From contig NC_043014.1 in NCBI RefSeq assembly GCF_006345805.1, positions 620,001-684,000 of the forward strand: 64,000 nt of DNA, given 5' to 3'. Position 1 is the stretch's first letter, and every line of letters starts with the position of its first letter. Source of the stretch: Octopus sinensis (taxonomy: Eukaryota). Of this stretch, positions 34,531-47,974 are shown in pieces. The notes under the pieces were generated by a model. It searched no databases, had not been told where the DNA came from, and worked only from the letters and a program-made list of their open reading frames with translations. A program made the position numbers and the translations under genes.

Positions 34531-36099
34531 AGTTACTTGTCTACTGTACTCTTCACATCTTCGCCAAACTGTTGCCATTAGCAATCAGACTTCCTGCAAG
34601 CATTTCATTGATGTTTTGCTCCATTTCCCTGATTGCTGTCAACAGTACATCACCTCCAATGACCCTTCTTACTTCACTCATAAGCATAACCTGGCATCTG
34701 CCTTTATACATACCATTATTCTATTTGTGTGTTTGTTTTTCTTTATCTTACAAGACTTTCATTGAAAAAAGGCTTCAATATGGTTGTGTCAGGCATTGTG
34801 AGAAAAATAATTCCATGATACAAAACGCTTCAGGGTCTAGGATCCCTAATACCTGCTGCAAGTGGGATCTCATTTCATGGACGTTCATCTATTACTAACT
34901 TATTATTATTAATTTATTCATTGCCTGAGTTTCTTAATACCATATCATTAGCTGCTAACGAAAATGGTAATTATACATATTACGCTTATCAACTTGAAAC
35001 GACTTCTAACTGCAGCCTAATTCAACTTCAACCATCAACAGGATTGCACCATTATAATAAACTACACTGTCCAAAAGAGGGGTGCATTTGCTTATATACG
35101 CATGTGCATAGGAGAATTTGTTTTGGGGTTTGAAAATGTTTCTGAATCTCAAAACTTGTCACTTTTAAATTTTGCAATAAATTTATTCAAATACGAAACC
35201 AGTTTTGATAATTTATTTGTTTATCAATGATAAAAAAAAATAAAAAAGGGGGATTCGGAGAGTTTAAATTTACAAGGGAAAATTCAGAAAAACATGTTTA
35301 AATTATCACATTAATACAAATTTCAGGGAGTTTCACTGAGATAGACAGCAATATGAGTTGGAATGTTTAATGAAGATCCTAACAAGTATATGTGATTGAA
35401 AATCCAGTCATATTGAGTATTTATTAAAAAAAAGAAAAGAAAAAGAAAGAAAAAATGTTTTTTTTAACGTTTTCTATTGTAGTGCATTGAAGTTTTTCCT
35501 TGTTGGTCACTAGTTTGAAATTGTTGAGTATATGTTTTACAGAAAAGGATCAAATTTGATTTGATGATGTTTTTTACTTTTCTTTGGGTGTTTTGGTAAA
35601 ATATTTTTGTTTTGCCAAGTCCAGCATTTTGTTCATTTTATACTTTTTGAGATTTAGTTATAAGTTGTATATTTAAAAAAAAATTATATATATATATATT
35701 GGTTATTTATGTATTGGTTTATGTCTATCACTGTTTGAGTTGCATAATGGTGGTTTTATCTCTAATTTATATTTTATATTTTATATATTTATACTGTGAA
35801 ATTTGATTTAATACTAAATTGAATTTTTCCCTGTAAGTTTGGAGTTATACTCCCTAATATTATTATATATGTATATATGCACACACACATTCGTATATTA
35901 ATACATCTGCCTCCTTCGCTGCCCCCTCCCATGAGATCTGACAGTGAGGATAACAACTCAGGTGGAAGTAAAACCAGTGCTAACTTCACTTGACCCCATG
36001 GCAGTGTGGGCTAGAAGGAAGTTGAAGTCTAAGACTGGTATGATCCCTTTAATGGTTAATGGGGTCTTACCAAACTGGCCTCTATCAAGAGCAAAAACA

Positions 36100-36830
36100 T
36101 AAATAAATAAACCACAAACGCCTCAGATCAAGAGAGCATCATCAAACTGCATCTTCCCGTCCTTAAATTTGGAGCAGCATGTGGCGAGGGCTGGTGTGTT
36201 CTAAATGTTAGGTCCTCCAGGCATAGTCTGACCCTTCTCTTCAGGACTAGAAAAGAGATCATCCTTTGACAATATTGACCCCTGTCTGCAGACTCAGATA
36301 AAGTTCACAAAGGATTATTGTAACCCTATCTCTTGGTTGGTGCTTGACACACAGACATCTTAAACCCCCATCGAAAGAAAGCTGCTTCTTCCACTGATTG
36401 ACATAAAGTCATTCACAGACACAGATTCACCATTTCCTCCTGTTGCCTTTTCTACCACTCCTATAATGGCCTCTACTCCTCACACGGTTGGTGACATGTC
36501 ATCTCATCTCCATTCACTCATCTTCCATATTATGTCAGCCACCCTCCCACCTTGATCAGTTGCTTTAGAAGCCACTACTTGACACAACCTTCTCAGTAGC
36601 CCTGTGCAAAACCTCTTTGCCCACGATCGACAGCAGGTTGATGCCTCTCCAGTTTGTTACTGTCTGCTAGGTTCTCCCTTTTTTGGTAACTTAAAATCAC
36701 CCCTTGCTGCTAACCTCGAAGGTCCTTCTTCCCCTGCCAGCAGCAATCCATCAGCTGTCACTATTTATATTTCAACAATTCTGCTGGGATCTCATCCGGC
36801 CCCGCAGCCTTGTTGTTCTTCATGACTTTC
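36100..36830 (-). mobile_element. Decayed RTE-like LINE fragment
   Basis: Minus strand AAGPDEIPAELLK just before RT-domain remnants; heavily decayed. Confidence 0.5.
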
Positions 36831-37380
36831 ACACATTATCTCTCTTTTTCAATTCCTCAAGACTTTAAGAGATGTAGTTGCTGGTCCCTAGGTCAGACAA
36901 AGCAGGGCAGCTGGGGCTGGTTGGTTTGGGTGTTTCCAGGGCTATTCTAAAATCAGGCAAAGCAACCGACAGGGGACCCTACATTGATTTATTGATAACA
37001 AACCACAGTTTACACAGACTGGCATTGATGCTCTCATTTCCCAGACCCCAGTGTGCTCTGGGCCTTCAGGTGGCACAGGGAAACATCCAGCAACAAATAA
37101 ACTAACAAGAGAGCTTCAATGTTTGTGCTTGACCCTCTAGAAATAACAGCTAAAACTTCCTCTAATCGTTCTCTACTATCATAGAAAAGAAAGTGTTGGA
37201 TAATGTAGTCTTCCAAACAGGATTAAGACTGGATGGTCATGGTTGAAAAGTCTTTGGTTTGCTCAATCAATTCATTGAGGCAAACTTAGTAAGATTGATT
37301 GAAACTAGTTTTTGTCAATCAGGGAACAACCATGGCTATCACTCGCAACTGAGGATGACTTGGTAGTGTGTACCCTGCTA

Positions 37381-37584
37381 CCCTTTTCATATCAACCCAC
37401 CCGCGACCACCCCTCCTGGTTCTGTGAGACAAACTACCTGCTTTAGAGGGGTCTAAATTAAACTTTCTTCCATCAAAATTTTATGTTAATTTGTTCCAAT
37501 AACGAGCAAGTCATTTTACAAATTCTTCATTATTTTCAAGATTAATTGAAAACAAAGACAGAAATATACCAAGAAAAGGGTTAA
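37381..37584. mobile_element. piggyBac-type MITE, older copy
   Basis: CCCTTTTC...GAAAAGGG termini, 200 bp, right TTAA intact; reverse complement is related to 47979-48178. Confidence 0.65.
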
Positions 37585-39349
37585 ATGTATTTGGTGCCCT
37601 TGAAAAGGTGAGCATACATGAAAACCCTAAGGGCCCTCTCATCGTTGACTCATCAGGCCATCGAGGATGGTGGATGAGAGACAGCTGTGTGTAATGTTCA
37701 GATAAATTGCAGACTGTAGACACAGCTCTGTCCTTATGCGCTGTGCACCACTGACTAACAATTGATGTGCCCCCCCCCCAGCAACTGTTGAAAGGGAAAA
37801 CCTTATCCAAATGAGTTTAGGTTGTGGCAGTGAGAAAGACCTGAATGTCAACGAGACTTCAAACCAAATGATATGGTTAACATTTTCAAAGCAGGCTTGG
37901 TATTTGAAAGCTGAGCTTTCTGTCCAAAAGCTTTTCTAAAACGTCTGACAGTGACCCAGCTGGAGCAGTTTAAATGAGGCTATACAAGTTCTGTCCTCAC
38001 TTGTATCTTTTTTTCATTCATGTTTATCCTCGGGACAAGGTGATCTTTGGTTAAAGATGTCTCAACAGCCCCTGACCCCTGACCTCCTCCTGTTTTATTT
38101 ACCTGTCTCTACGACTGCATTACCTCGTTAGTTAGCTTTTAGCTTTTACCTGTTTCAGTCATTAGATTGTGGCCATGCTGGGGCACTGCCTTGAAGAAAT
38201 TTTAGTCGAACAAATCAACCCCACCCCCACTTCTTATTTTTTTAAAGCTATTGGTGCCTTTTACAGGAACATAAACACACCAACACCTGGTGGAGGTGGG
38301 GGGGGCAAACATGGACACAAACACACCCAAACATACATATGACAAGCTTCTTTCAGTTTCTGTCTGCCAAATCCATTCACAAGGCTTTGGTTGGTCCAAG
38401 GTCATAGTAAAGGCATTTGCCCAATGTGCCACATCGCAGGATTGATCCCAGGACCATGCGGTTGGGAAGCAACCATGCCTGCCTTTTTCTCTCTATTATT
38501 ATACTAAGGCAGGAGCTGAGAGAAATTTGGAAGCTACTCAGAGTAGAAGTCAAGGCTAACCTAAACACACACACAGTTACGAATCTATCACTCAACCATT
38601 GATGTTGTGGCTGCAATGCCTTCATCGATGCCACTGTCCCTGTCTACTCCAAAGAATCACTCAGACATGAAGGTTTAGACATTTTGATGATGGATTCAGT
38701 GCCAAAGAAACACAAAAGGAAATCCTATGAAAATCTAAAACAAAACCAAAAAATATTGCATCAGAATATGCAAAGACATAGATATTGCCATTCTGGAAAT
38801 ATCTCCTTTTCCTTCACCACATTTTCATATATATGTATATAAACACTAAATATACCTATGTGTATGTGTGTATATACATATATATATAAACACAAATATA
38901 CACATATGTATATATATATTTATATATATATATATATATAAACACAAAATATACCTATGTGAGTATATACATATATATAGACACAAATATACACACACAC
39001 ACATATGTATGTATATACACACACACATGCATTAATATATAACTCATTAGAACAAGTTGTTTATAGATATTCTTTGGTTCCCTAACTGTATGTTTCAATG
39101 TATATATGCATGTATACACACATGCACATATACAAAAACAGTTTGGTGTGGAATGAAATGTAGGAATATAGTCCCCCCCCCCCCGCAACCACTCAAATTC
39201 TTGGCAACATGGCAACAGTATCAAATTGACTGAAGTTTCAGATTCATTAATGTTTGTTTGGTAGAGTTTATTGCCTCCACTTGCTGCTATTAGTACCAAT
39301 AGTGCAAGATGGGGAGGTTGAAGCGGGGGGGGGGGGGGCTCACCTACAC

Positions 39350-39377
39350 ACACACACACTTCTTCTCAGTTCACTCC

Positions 39378-39414
<37 letters not shown>

Positions 39415-39446
39415 CTATATATATACACACACACACACACATATAT

Positions 39447-39493
<47 letters not shown>

Positions 39494-39700
39494 TATATAT
39501 ATATACATACACACACATATATATATACATACACACACACATATATATATATATATACATACACACACATATATATATATATACATACACATACACACCT
39601 ATATATTTGTATATATATATATACACACCTATATATGTACACACACACACATATATATAAACTATATACACTTGTAAATTTACCTCTTCACACACACATA
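39350..39700. repeat. Compound (TA)n/(CA)n microsatellite
   Basis: Direct reading; source of several spurious YI/HT ORFs. Similar tracts at 20280-20465, 38830-39030, 55125-55680. Confidence 0.95.
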
Positions 39701-40769
39701 CACAGACCCCTTTTTGGTTGACCCCCAACGATACCAGAGCAGTACACTGTACATGCGTGTGTGTGTGTGAGTGTGAATAAATTTTGGTATACATTGATGA
39801 ATGCTTCAGTTTTCAAACTATTGTTTGATCAATAATTTATTCACAATTATCAAATCAACATACATTATGTAAACTAACTCATTTACATATGAACTAATGT
39901 ATTTTCCACATCAATTGACTAAATACCAGTGAAACATTAAAGCGGATTAAACTACCTCCAGCTCTCTCTCTCTCGTTTCTGGCTGAATTGTTGATGGAGG
40001 AAAGCTTTGTTATTTTTAATAGAGATGAGATAAGCTTTGATGGCAGCGGTGTGGGGGACACAGCTAAGTTAGGAAAACAACAGTAGTTATAGAAATGGCG
40101 AGAAAGAGACGACTGTGTATCTGTGATGTTGGGGTTGTAGAGAATTTGCGAGTGAACCTTTGACTTAGTAGAACAGCTTCCTTTTGGAGGCTGTCTGGTG
40201 TGTCTATGTGTAGATGGGGTTTGTGTGCCCCAAAACAACAGGACCACTGTTTCCAAAATGGGATCTGTGTTTTGATATGTTTGAGGTGGCCATTAGATAC
40301 TCAGTGAAAAGTCGTCAATTCAGCAGGTAATTAAAGCCGAAATATTTTCTTGTCTTAAAATGAAAAAGTCACAGAAATCTCAAGAATTCTTTCCTTGTAA
40401 TTCAAAATTGATTTCATTTTCTCAGTTTTTATCTTATTCAATCAAATTTCCTTGACAAGGGATACCAGGATGTGTTGGGTGCCACTCTCCTTAGTTGAGT
40501 GGATAACAGTTGGAATAGTTACAAGATCCACTTGTAACAAATAAGACCATTCCAGTCTCATATCTATGACCATGTTCCAGACAAACAGGAGAAAATAATA
40601 TCAAAACATTATTTTTATGTCTACTTTCCTATGTCTGCCTTTCTTTGTGAGGTTCAACATCTTCAGATTAGATTTCTGCTACTTCTCTGAATGTCTTGTT
40701 TTTTTTTTGTTTTTTTTTTTGATCTTCCATGTCCATAGTTTTTTAAAATATATTCTGCATTTCTGTACC

Positions 40770-41060
40770 CATCTTTCATCATTTATGCACACCACATGCC
40801 TCTGCCAACAGCACATCATCTGATTTCTCCTTACACCTAGTTTATTTTCCAGTTCATTTATCCACCACACCATGTTGCTCATCATACTCATTCCATTCCT
40901 CTCCATCCTCCATGTTTCACGACCATGCAGCATCACACTTTGTACCCAAGCATCATGCAATCTACCTGCCTCTCAAACAGAGACTCTTGTTGTCACCAGC
41001 AAAAGTAATTTCTCCTTCAACTTTTTTATCTTCCCTCTCCTTATTCTGATGGCTCTTCTT
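40770..41060 (-). mobile_element. RTE LINE fragment
   Basis: HDAWVQSVMLHGRETW..MERNGMSM. Confidence 0.65.
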
Positions 41061-41405
41061 TCACTACACCCTCCTTCACACCCAACTTGGTTGCCAAGGT
41101 AACAAAAACTCAACTGTGTCTACAGATCCTTGCTAATAATTGAAAAGACTTTATTTTACAATTTCTGACTGTGGACTAGAAACAGGTAAAACAGCTGAAC
41201 TCCACTGGGTACGATGTGCTTGTCAAGGCTCACGTTGAAGAAGCCAACAAACAGATGTTCTTCTTTACTCAGCAACAATTTAATGATGCCATGACCATCA
41301 CAAATGGATTGAGCTAATAATTATAGCCACAAAAGGAATAAAATAATATTCCTGGAAACCAGTCACAACTTGATGTTGAAGTTTATCAAACAGAAGGACC
41401 GACTA

Positions 41406-41515
41406 AAGTCAAGGCATTGGTGAGGATGAAGGCAGACTCAAGTCAAGGCATTGGTGAGGATGGAGGCAGACTCAAGTCGAGGCATTGGTGAGGATGGAGG
41501 CAGACTCAAGTCGAG
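41406..41515. repeat. 34-bp tandem repeat x3.3
   Basis: aagtc(a/g)aggcattggtgaggatg(a/g)aggcagactc. Confidence 0.95.
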
Positions 41516-42739
41516 GTGTTGAGGATCCTACCTATATATATATAACATTGACAGGAGCAGACAACTTGTTTTCCAGTCCGAAAAGAGCAGGTCCCTGGCC
41601 CTCTTCCATCTTCCAGACTTCCACATCTCTTCAGTAAGACTCCTCCCATATTTGTTCCACTGTTGTTTCCTCCCTACAAACATTTTATGCCTCTTTTACA
41701 AATACAAGATCCTCAGACCCACTGTGTCCTCTCTCTGCCCTCTTTCCACCACTGCTACATTGATCTCTATCCTTCTGAATTAGCTCCCTCTCTCAAGATA
41801 CACACACACACCCCTCAAACAAGGCCAGTCCCACTTGAAAGCAATCATAACACCAACAATAAAAACAAAACTCCATATATTTTGGAAAAAACCCAGAAAT
41901 GTCTTTTATTTCTGACCCATTTTAAATATTTGAATACTGAAAACAAAATAGAATTTTAGGAAGGATGAGGATCAAAAGAAGTAAAATAATATTTAGAAAG
42001 AGCAATTAGTGTGTTGTTATCTACCCCAGTCTTCATTCGTATCACTTATGGGAAGGGCATGAATGTCACAGCTTCCTGTTTGCCTCTTTCACATCTTCAG
42101 CAAACAGAAATTATTATTGTGAAGGTTGGGAACGACAATCCTCCATTGATGTGGATGGTCTGACCAAATCATTGACCGAGACTGGACACTAGTGAAGATA
42201 AGGAAGCCGCCTGTTTGCCTCCATCCCAAACAACGTATGGGCCATCAGGTTTCCAGCATCTCGGTCGGTTGAATGTGTGGAAGGTTTTCTACCACAAACA
42301 GAAACATATCATCATCATCATCATTTAGCATCTGCTTTCTATGCTGGCATGGGTTGGATGGTTTGACTGTGGACTGACAAACCAGGAGGCTGCACCAGAC
42401 TCCAATCAGATTTGGTAAGATTTCTACAGCTGGATGCCCTTCCTAATGTCAACCACTCTGAGTGTGTAGTGTATGTGTCACTAGCATCAGCCACACTCGA
42501 ATGAGGCTTTTTATGTGCCACCAGCACAGGTGCCAGTCAGGTGGCACTGGCATATATATATGTGTGTGTGTATGTATGTTTCTTGGCAGCTGGTGTTGGT
42601 TCATTTACATCACTATAACTTAGGGATTTGACAAAAAGACACTGATAAAATAATTGACACTTCCAGGCAGTGCTCCAGCATAGCCACAACCCAGAGATTT
42701 AAACAAGTAAATGAGTGTATGTATGTGTGATAATAATTT

Positions 42740-42990
42740 TTATATAATCTTTCTGTTTGTGTATGTGGGTTGGACAGGTGTTCTCCCACACACCGTCTCA
42801 CCACAAATTTCTCTCCCTTTGTCATCTTCTTTGCGATGTGGTCTTTCCTCCTGACACCATCCCTAACCGCTTCTGCCCAAGTCTTCCTCCCGCTTGGATC
42901 TCTTGCTATTTCTTTATCCAACGGTCATCATCCGTTGACAGTATTACATCGCCATAGCAACAAAGTCTCCTCCCTTGTTCACAACAACTG
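42740..42990 (-). mobile_element. RTE LINE 3' fragment
   Basis: PSGRKTWAEAVRDGV..W-type C-terminal motif. Confidence 0.55.
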
Positions 42991-45064
42991 ATTCCTTTTA
43001 CTGTTTTCCCTCACCTCATATATATGCGTAGGTATGTGTGTGTGTGTATGTATGATTGCCAGTGCTCTGCTGAAGCTGCCAATTATGAAGTTTGGCACCA
43101 GACCATTCATCAGTCTGTCTCCGGCTTCAAAAGTGCATCACACGGGGCTGTCTTTGAGGAGAAAACCATAAGGAAGAACTGTGGCATGGCAGCACCAAAC
43201 CCTAAACAGAATTAAGCTTACAGCCATTTCTGTTTGTCTTGCATTGACCAAGTCAGACCCTGTTGACATGAAACCAACAGGGACGGTCCTCTTTTGTGCA
43301 TCTTTGCTCTTAAAGCAGCAACAGCCATTATGTGTGTGTGTGTGTGTGTGTGTGTAGTGGCCCTTAATCTTCATATTGTATCAAGATGAATATGATAATG
43401 GGCTGACCCCAATGTTGCATACAATATCTGGGTCACTGCTTTATTTTTGTTTCTGAGTTCAAACCACACCAACATCTGCTTCACTTCTAATGTCGGGGCG
43501 GGGGAGAGGGGGCAATAAAGATATGTACCAGTAATAATTTAGGCTCTCTGCAACTCACTAAACACGTCACTGCAATCGTTGCTACAGAAACTGGCGCCGT
43601 GCCAGACATCATGAGGAATACAAACATATGGTGTTGTTGTATCTCTCTAAAACTAGAAACGGTTCTCACAAACAAGTGATGAATGTATGAGTGACAGAGC
43701 CGTGTCTGTGGGGCAGGAAACCTGATAGCAGCCATTCGCTTATTGGGTTAGCAGCTAATTGGGGTGGGGTGGGGTGGGTGGGGCGGGGGCAATTATATTA
43801 CTTGTTAATTAGATGTGCAAGTGGGAGTTGTGGTGGTCATGCCTTTCTTTAAGGGAGATAGGGCAGATGGCAGCACCAGTCTCTGAATGTTAAATGGTTT
43901 TTTTGTAGAGAGAAAGAGAGAGAGAAGCAATGTAACTGATGAAGGAGGAGGAGGGGGTAAGAAAGAACTATGAAAGGAGGAAGAGAAGAACAAGTAGAGG
44001 AGGAAGATGAGGATGAATGAGATGAGCAGCTTTTGTAAGAAGTGTTTCCATGGTTCTGCTCCAGACTGGGTTGGCCATTTCTCTCAAGACCTTTGCATGA
44101 TTATTTGCTATAGGTCATTCCTTTCCCAAGTAAAGCATATGATCAAAGACATTCCAACTATGACTATCCCATCTTTCATGTCACAAATGCCGTGTATCCT
44201 CAGACTTATTCTTTTTTCTCCTTTTTCTTTTTGACGATAGGGTGTTTGGCTGCTCTCTTTAGCAATTTGATCAACCAGCTAAAGGCTGTGTTGTTGGTTT
44301 CCTACACCAGAATATTGATGAAACCAATTTTTAATTGTACCAAGAGAGGTAAAGAACTGTTAGTCAATTATATTGACCCCCCTCCCCCATATATGACTGG
44401 TATATCTTAATAACCTCTTTCCCCTCACACTCACACACACACACTTCTGGAAGGATGAACGGCAAAACTGAATGCAGTTTCAGGTATAGTGTATCTAGGA
44501 TTACATTATACTGACCCTAGTATGTGACTGGTACCTTACTCTATTGGACACGTGGGAGGATGATAAGCAGAATTGATATTGGTGGGTTTTGAACTCAGAA
44601 TGTGAGGAATTGGAAGAAATAGCACAAAGAATTTTTCCTGATGCTTCACTGATTCTGCCAATCCACTGCCCTAATAGTAATAACAACAACAACAATAACA
44701 AAAAAGGGATTAAAACTAATGAGTTTGATACAGTTCTCTATCTGGGGTATGAACACTCCATCATGGGAGTTGGCTTTCATTGGCCTTCTGGAAATTAAAA
44801 AGGAATGTTTAAAGAGAGAAAAAAAACCCAACAAAAAACAAATAAATGTAAAAATGTTCCAAGATTCTGGGAGAAGTTCCAAGGTTGACAACTTTCACTA
44901 AATCCATTAAAGTCTTTGTGGCTCAAACAAAAGTTTCTCTGACGCTGCACGACCTTCATGAGACCTTGGTGAGGTTCCTGCACCAACACGATCAGTGCAG
45001 GGCTTTCAAAGATAATAATGATAGTCTTTTCTACTCTAGGCACAAGACCTGAAGTTTGGGGGAA

Positions 45065-45490
45065 AGGGGGCCAGTCGATTACGTCAACCCCAGTGTGTAA
45101 CTGGTACTTATTTCATCGACCTCGAAAAGGATGAAAGGCAAAGTCAACCTCATCGGGATTTGAACTCAGAACGTAGCGACAGGTGAAATACTGCAAAGCA
45201 TTTTGCCCAGTGTGCTAACGATTCTGTCAGCTCACCACCTTAATAATAATAATAATAATAGTAATAATAATAATGATTTCAAATTTTGGCACGAGGCCAA
45301 AAATATCAGGAGAAGGGATAAGTCAATTACATCGACCCCAGTGCGTAACTGGGACTTATTTCATCGACCCCGTGGGGATGAAAGGCAAAGTCGACCTTGG
45401 TGGAAATTGAACTCAGATCGTAGCGGCAGACAAAATACTGCTATGCATTTCACCCAGCTTGCTAACGATTCTGCCAGTTTGCTTAACAAC
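45065..45490 (-). mobile_element. Two tandem copies of a second tRNA-derived SINE, family C
   Basis: Head g(a/t)gagct(g/a)gcagaatcgttagc...gagttcaaat, body gtcgactttgcctttcatcc..ggggtcgat; separated by (TAA)n. Other copies at ~8200-8370, 12370-12580, 15900-16190, 16970-17240, 44500-44670, 60420-60540. Confidence 0.85.
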
Positions 45491-45706
45491 AACAACAACA
45501 ATAATAATAATGGCCATTTGAAAGGTGTGTCAGAGAGATATTTAAATGGAATTCTGGAACATTATTATTAATCACAGAATGATGGCAGAGTTTGGTGAGG
45601 AGCAGAGACCGAATAAATATAAAACTCCACTGACAAGACACGTGAATCCTGATTAACAAACATAATGCAGCAAAGCAAGTCTTAAAGAATTTGTCTTTGA
45701 CAGTTT

Positions 45707-45902
45707 CTACGAGTTCTCGCCAACAGTAGCATAGGTAGAATCTGAGTCGGAATCATCATAAGATCTTTTCCAGTTATTCTTGGACGTGTTGGGGTCAAAT
45801 CGCACAGCATAGGATGAGTCATAACGGCTTAAGTGGTCGTACAGGTGTTTGTCTTTTCTCAAATGATTGGGTGATGACAGGTTGTGGTTTAATTGATTTA
45901 AC
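45707..45902 (-). CDS. Same gene: terminal exon (LNQLNHNLSSPNHLRKDKHLYDHLSRYDSSYAVRFDPNTSKNNWKRSYDDSDSDSTYATVGENS*)
   Basis: Acceptor ttgctttgctttctag|, phase 2, open to TAG at 45707-45709; five Tyr including YDHL and STYATV. Confidence 0.82.
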
Positions 45903-46478
45903 CTAGAAAGCAAAGCAAAAATATATATAATTAGACAAAGAAATAAATAATTAGCTAATGAAATAGATAATTCACCATCATTTTGATGTCCACTTTCCCA
46001 TGGGTCAAACAGAATTCACTGATGCTGTTCTTGTCCCCTAACCTTCCCTTGTTTCCAAGCAACGTGATATTTCCTTCATGGCCAAACAGGTTTCCATGGA
46101 AGATTGAAAATGAAGAACATTGCTTAAGTGATGTTGACAATCATTGATAATCATTGAATGAAATCATAACAAGGGACTCCAAACACACACACACCTGACA
46201 AACCTGCTGAATTCATTCAGGAGATACATGTAGTAGAAGACTTGCCCCGAAGGGCCAAGCACTAGAACTCCATCAAAAGCCACATGGCTATCAAGTGAAC
46301 TTCTTGAACTCACAGCTTTGCCGGTCCCTCTGTGCATGTAAATACACACACACACACACACACAAATATCTGTTTGTTAATGTCCCCATTAAGTACCAAT
46401 CTACACAATAAGGTAGTTTCAAGAAGGACTGCCCCCAACTGCCAGGAACTACTTGCAACAATGTCAACCTCCACTTAC

Positions 46479-46592
46479 TTGTTCTTCTTGGAGCCATTGA
46501 TCAGGGTCGTCTGATATGGAATCACAGTTGATGTCGGCCGATTCCCTGACGTGTCTCGAGATCTTTGTGTAGACTTGATTTTCTTACAGTAA
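46479..46592 (-). CDS. Same gene: juxtamembrane cytoplasmic exon (YCKKIKSTQRSRDTSGNRPTSTVIPYQTTLINGSKKN-K)
   Basis: Acceptor ttctcttcctctag|, donor AA|GTAAGT; 114 nt, phase 2-2; basic stop-transfer residues directly after the TM. Confidence 0.85.
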
Positions 46593-47974
46593 CTAGAGGA
46601 AGAGAAGAAACCAGATGATGGTGTGGGGGAAGCAGGATATTTTAGTGCTGCAGGGTGGGGGGTGGCATTAGGGGTAGCAACATCCCAGCTGTCCCAGCGT
46701 CGTCCTCTTTACACCAACTCTGCAATCACCACCACTGATGTCACAACTACCACCAACTTACAACAGCCTCTACAACAATCACCACTAAGTGTGCTGTGTA
46801 ACATTATTCCATACAACCAGCCACTGCCAACCAAAGACGGAGCTTCTAAGCAGCGCCTAGACCTGCAAGAAATTGCAACCAATTTTCCCTCAGATTACAT
46901 GGGAAGGTTTTAAAAAAGGAAAGGACACACTGCATAATGTAGTTCTAGTATATCTAGGAATACATTATTGAATGTGCTGAATAGTAGACGAAGTGGGAAC
47001 ATGATTAGTAAGTACTGAACACTTGAGAATGTTGAGCAGTGAGTGCACTGAGCAAGCGGTGGCTGTTTTGAGCAGCAAATGCATTAGAGCTCAAGTGTTG
47101 AGTAAGAGGTATATTGAGTAGGTGTTGACCACTTATGGTGTAAGAGTAACAAATGCATTGTGCAGCAAGTCCATTGACTGTGGTGAGCTATGTGTGAATG
47201 TATTGAGCCATGTTTGAGTGGTAGTTGCCTTGAGCAGTGAATATGTTGAGTAACGAGTGTGTTTGGCAACAAATTTATTGAGCAGTGAGTTTGTTGTGCT
47301 CCTTCCTCCAGCACCCGTGTCAGTCGTACACTGAAGGAATTGGGTGAACGATGAGGAGTGTGTGGCACTGGATTGCTTACGTAATGTGGACTGAGCAGAT
47401 AGAACTAATGCTGCCAGGCCAGGGACCCTCAACTCCTGACAGAGTTGGAAGAGTTACATTATTGGTACAGAGTGGACCTTGGGGCCATTTCGGTGAAGCC
47501 CCTCTCTCTGCAGATCTAAACACAGTTGATGACTTACTACAGAAGAGAAGCAATTAATTGATAATTACATTTAATTCAATAATTAAAGAATAACTGACTT
47601 CCTGCTTCAGCAGTCTGAAATCCACAAAAGTTGACCAGCAGAGGTCAGAGACCTTAACCTGGCCTTTTTCTAGAGTTTCATGCCATAGAATAAATCCCTT
47701 GTCAGTTCTACCATGATTCCCACCTTCTGAATACTTCTTAACTCATAAAAGACACCCACCCCATAGTTCTATGGTTTGACACCTCATAGTCATAAGTAGG
47801 ACCTTTGTCATTGCTAAGACATAAATATGACACTTCATAGTTGTAAAGTCATAAATATGATCCTCCTCCTATTTCTATGATGAAAGTATGATCAAGGTAT
47901 TTGCTCTCCCATCATATTCTAAGACTCCCCAACACTTGTCACCCATATCTCCAAGGGTGGGTAGAAAAACTGGT

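Noticed and set aside
40095-40151. Possible first exon MARKRRLCICDVGVVENLR with a good Kozak context
   Set aside because: Weak donor, no recognisable homology and no linked downstream exon.
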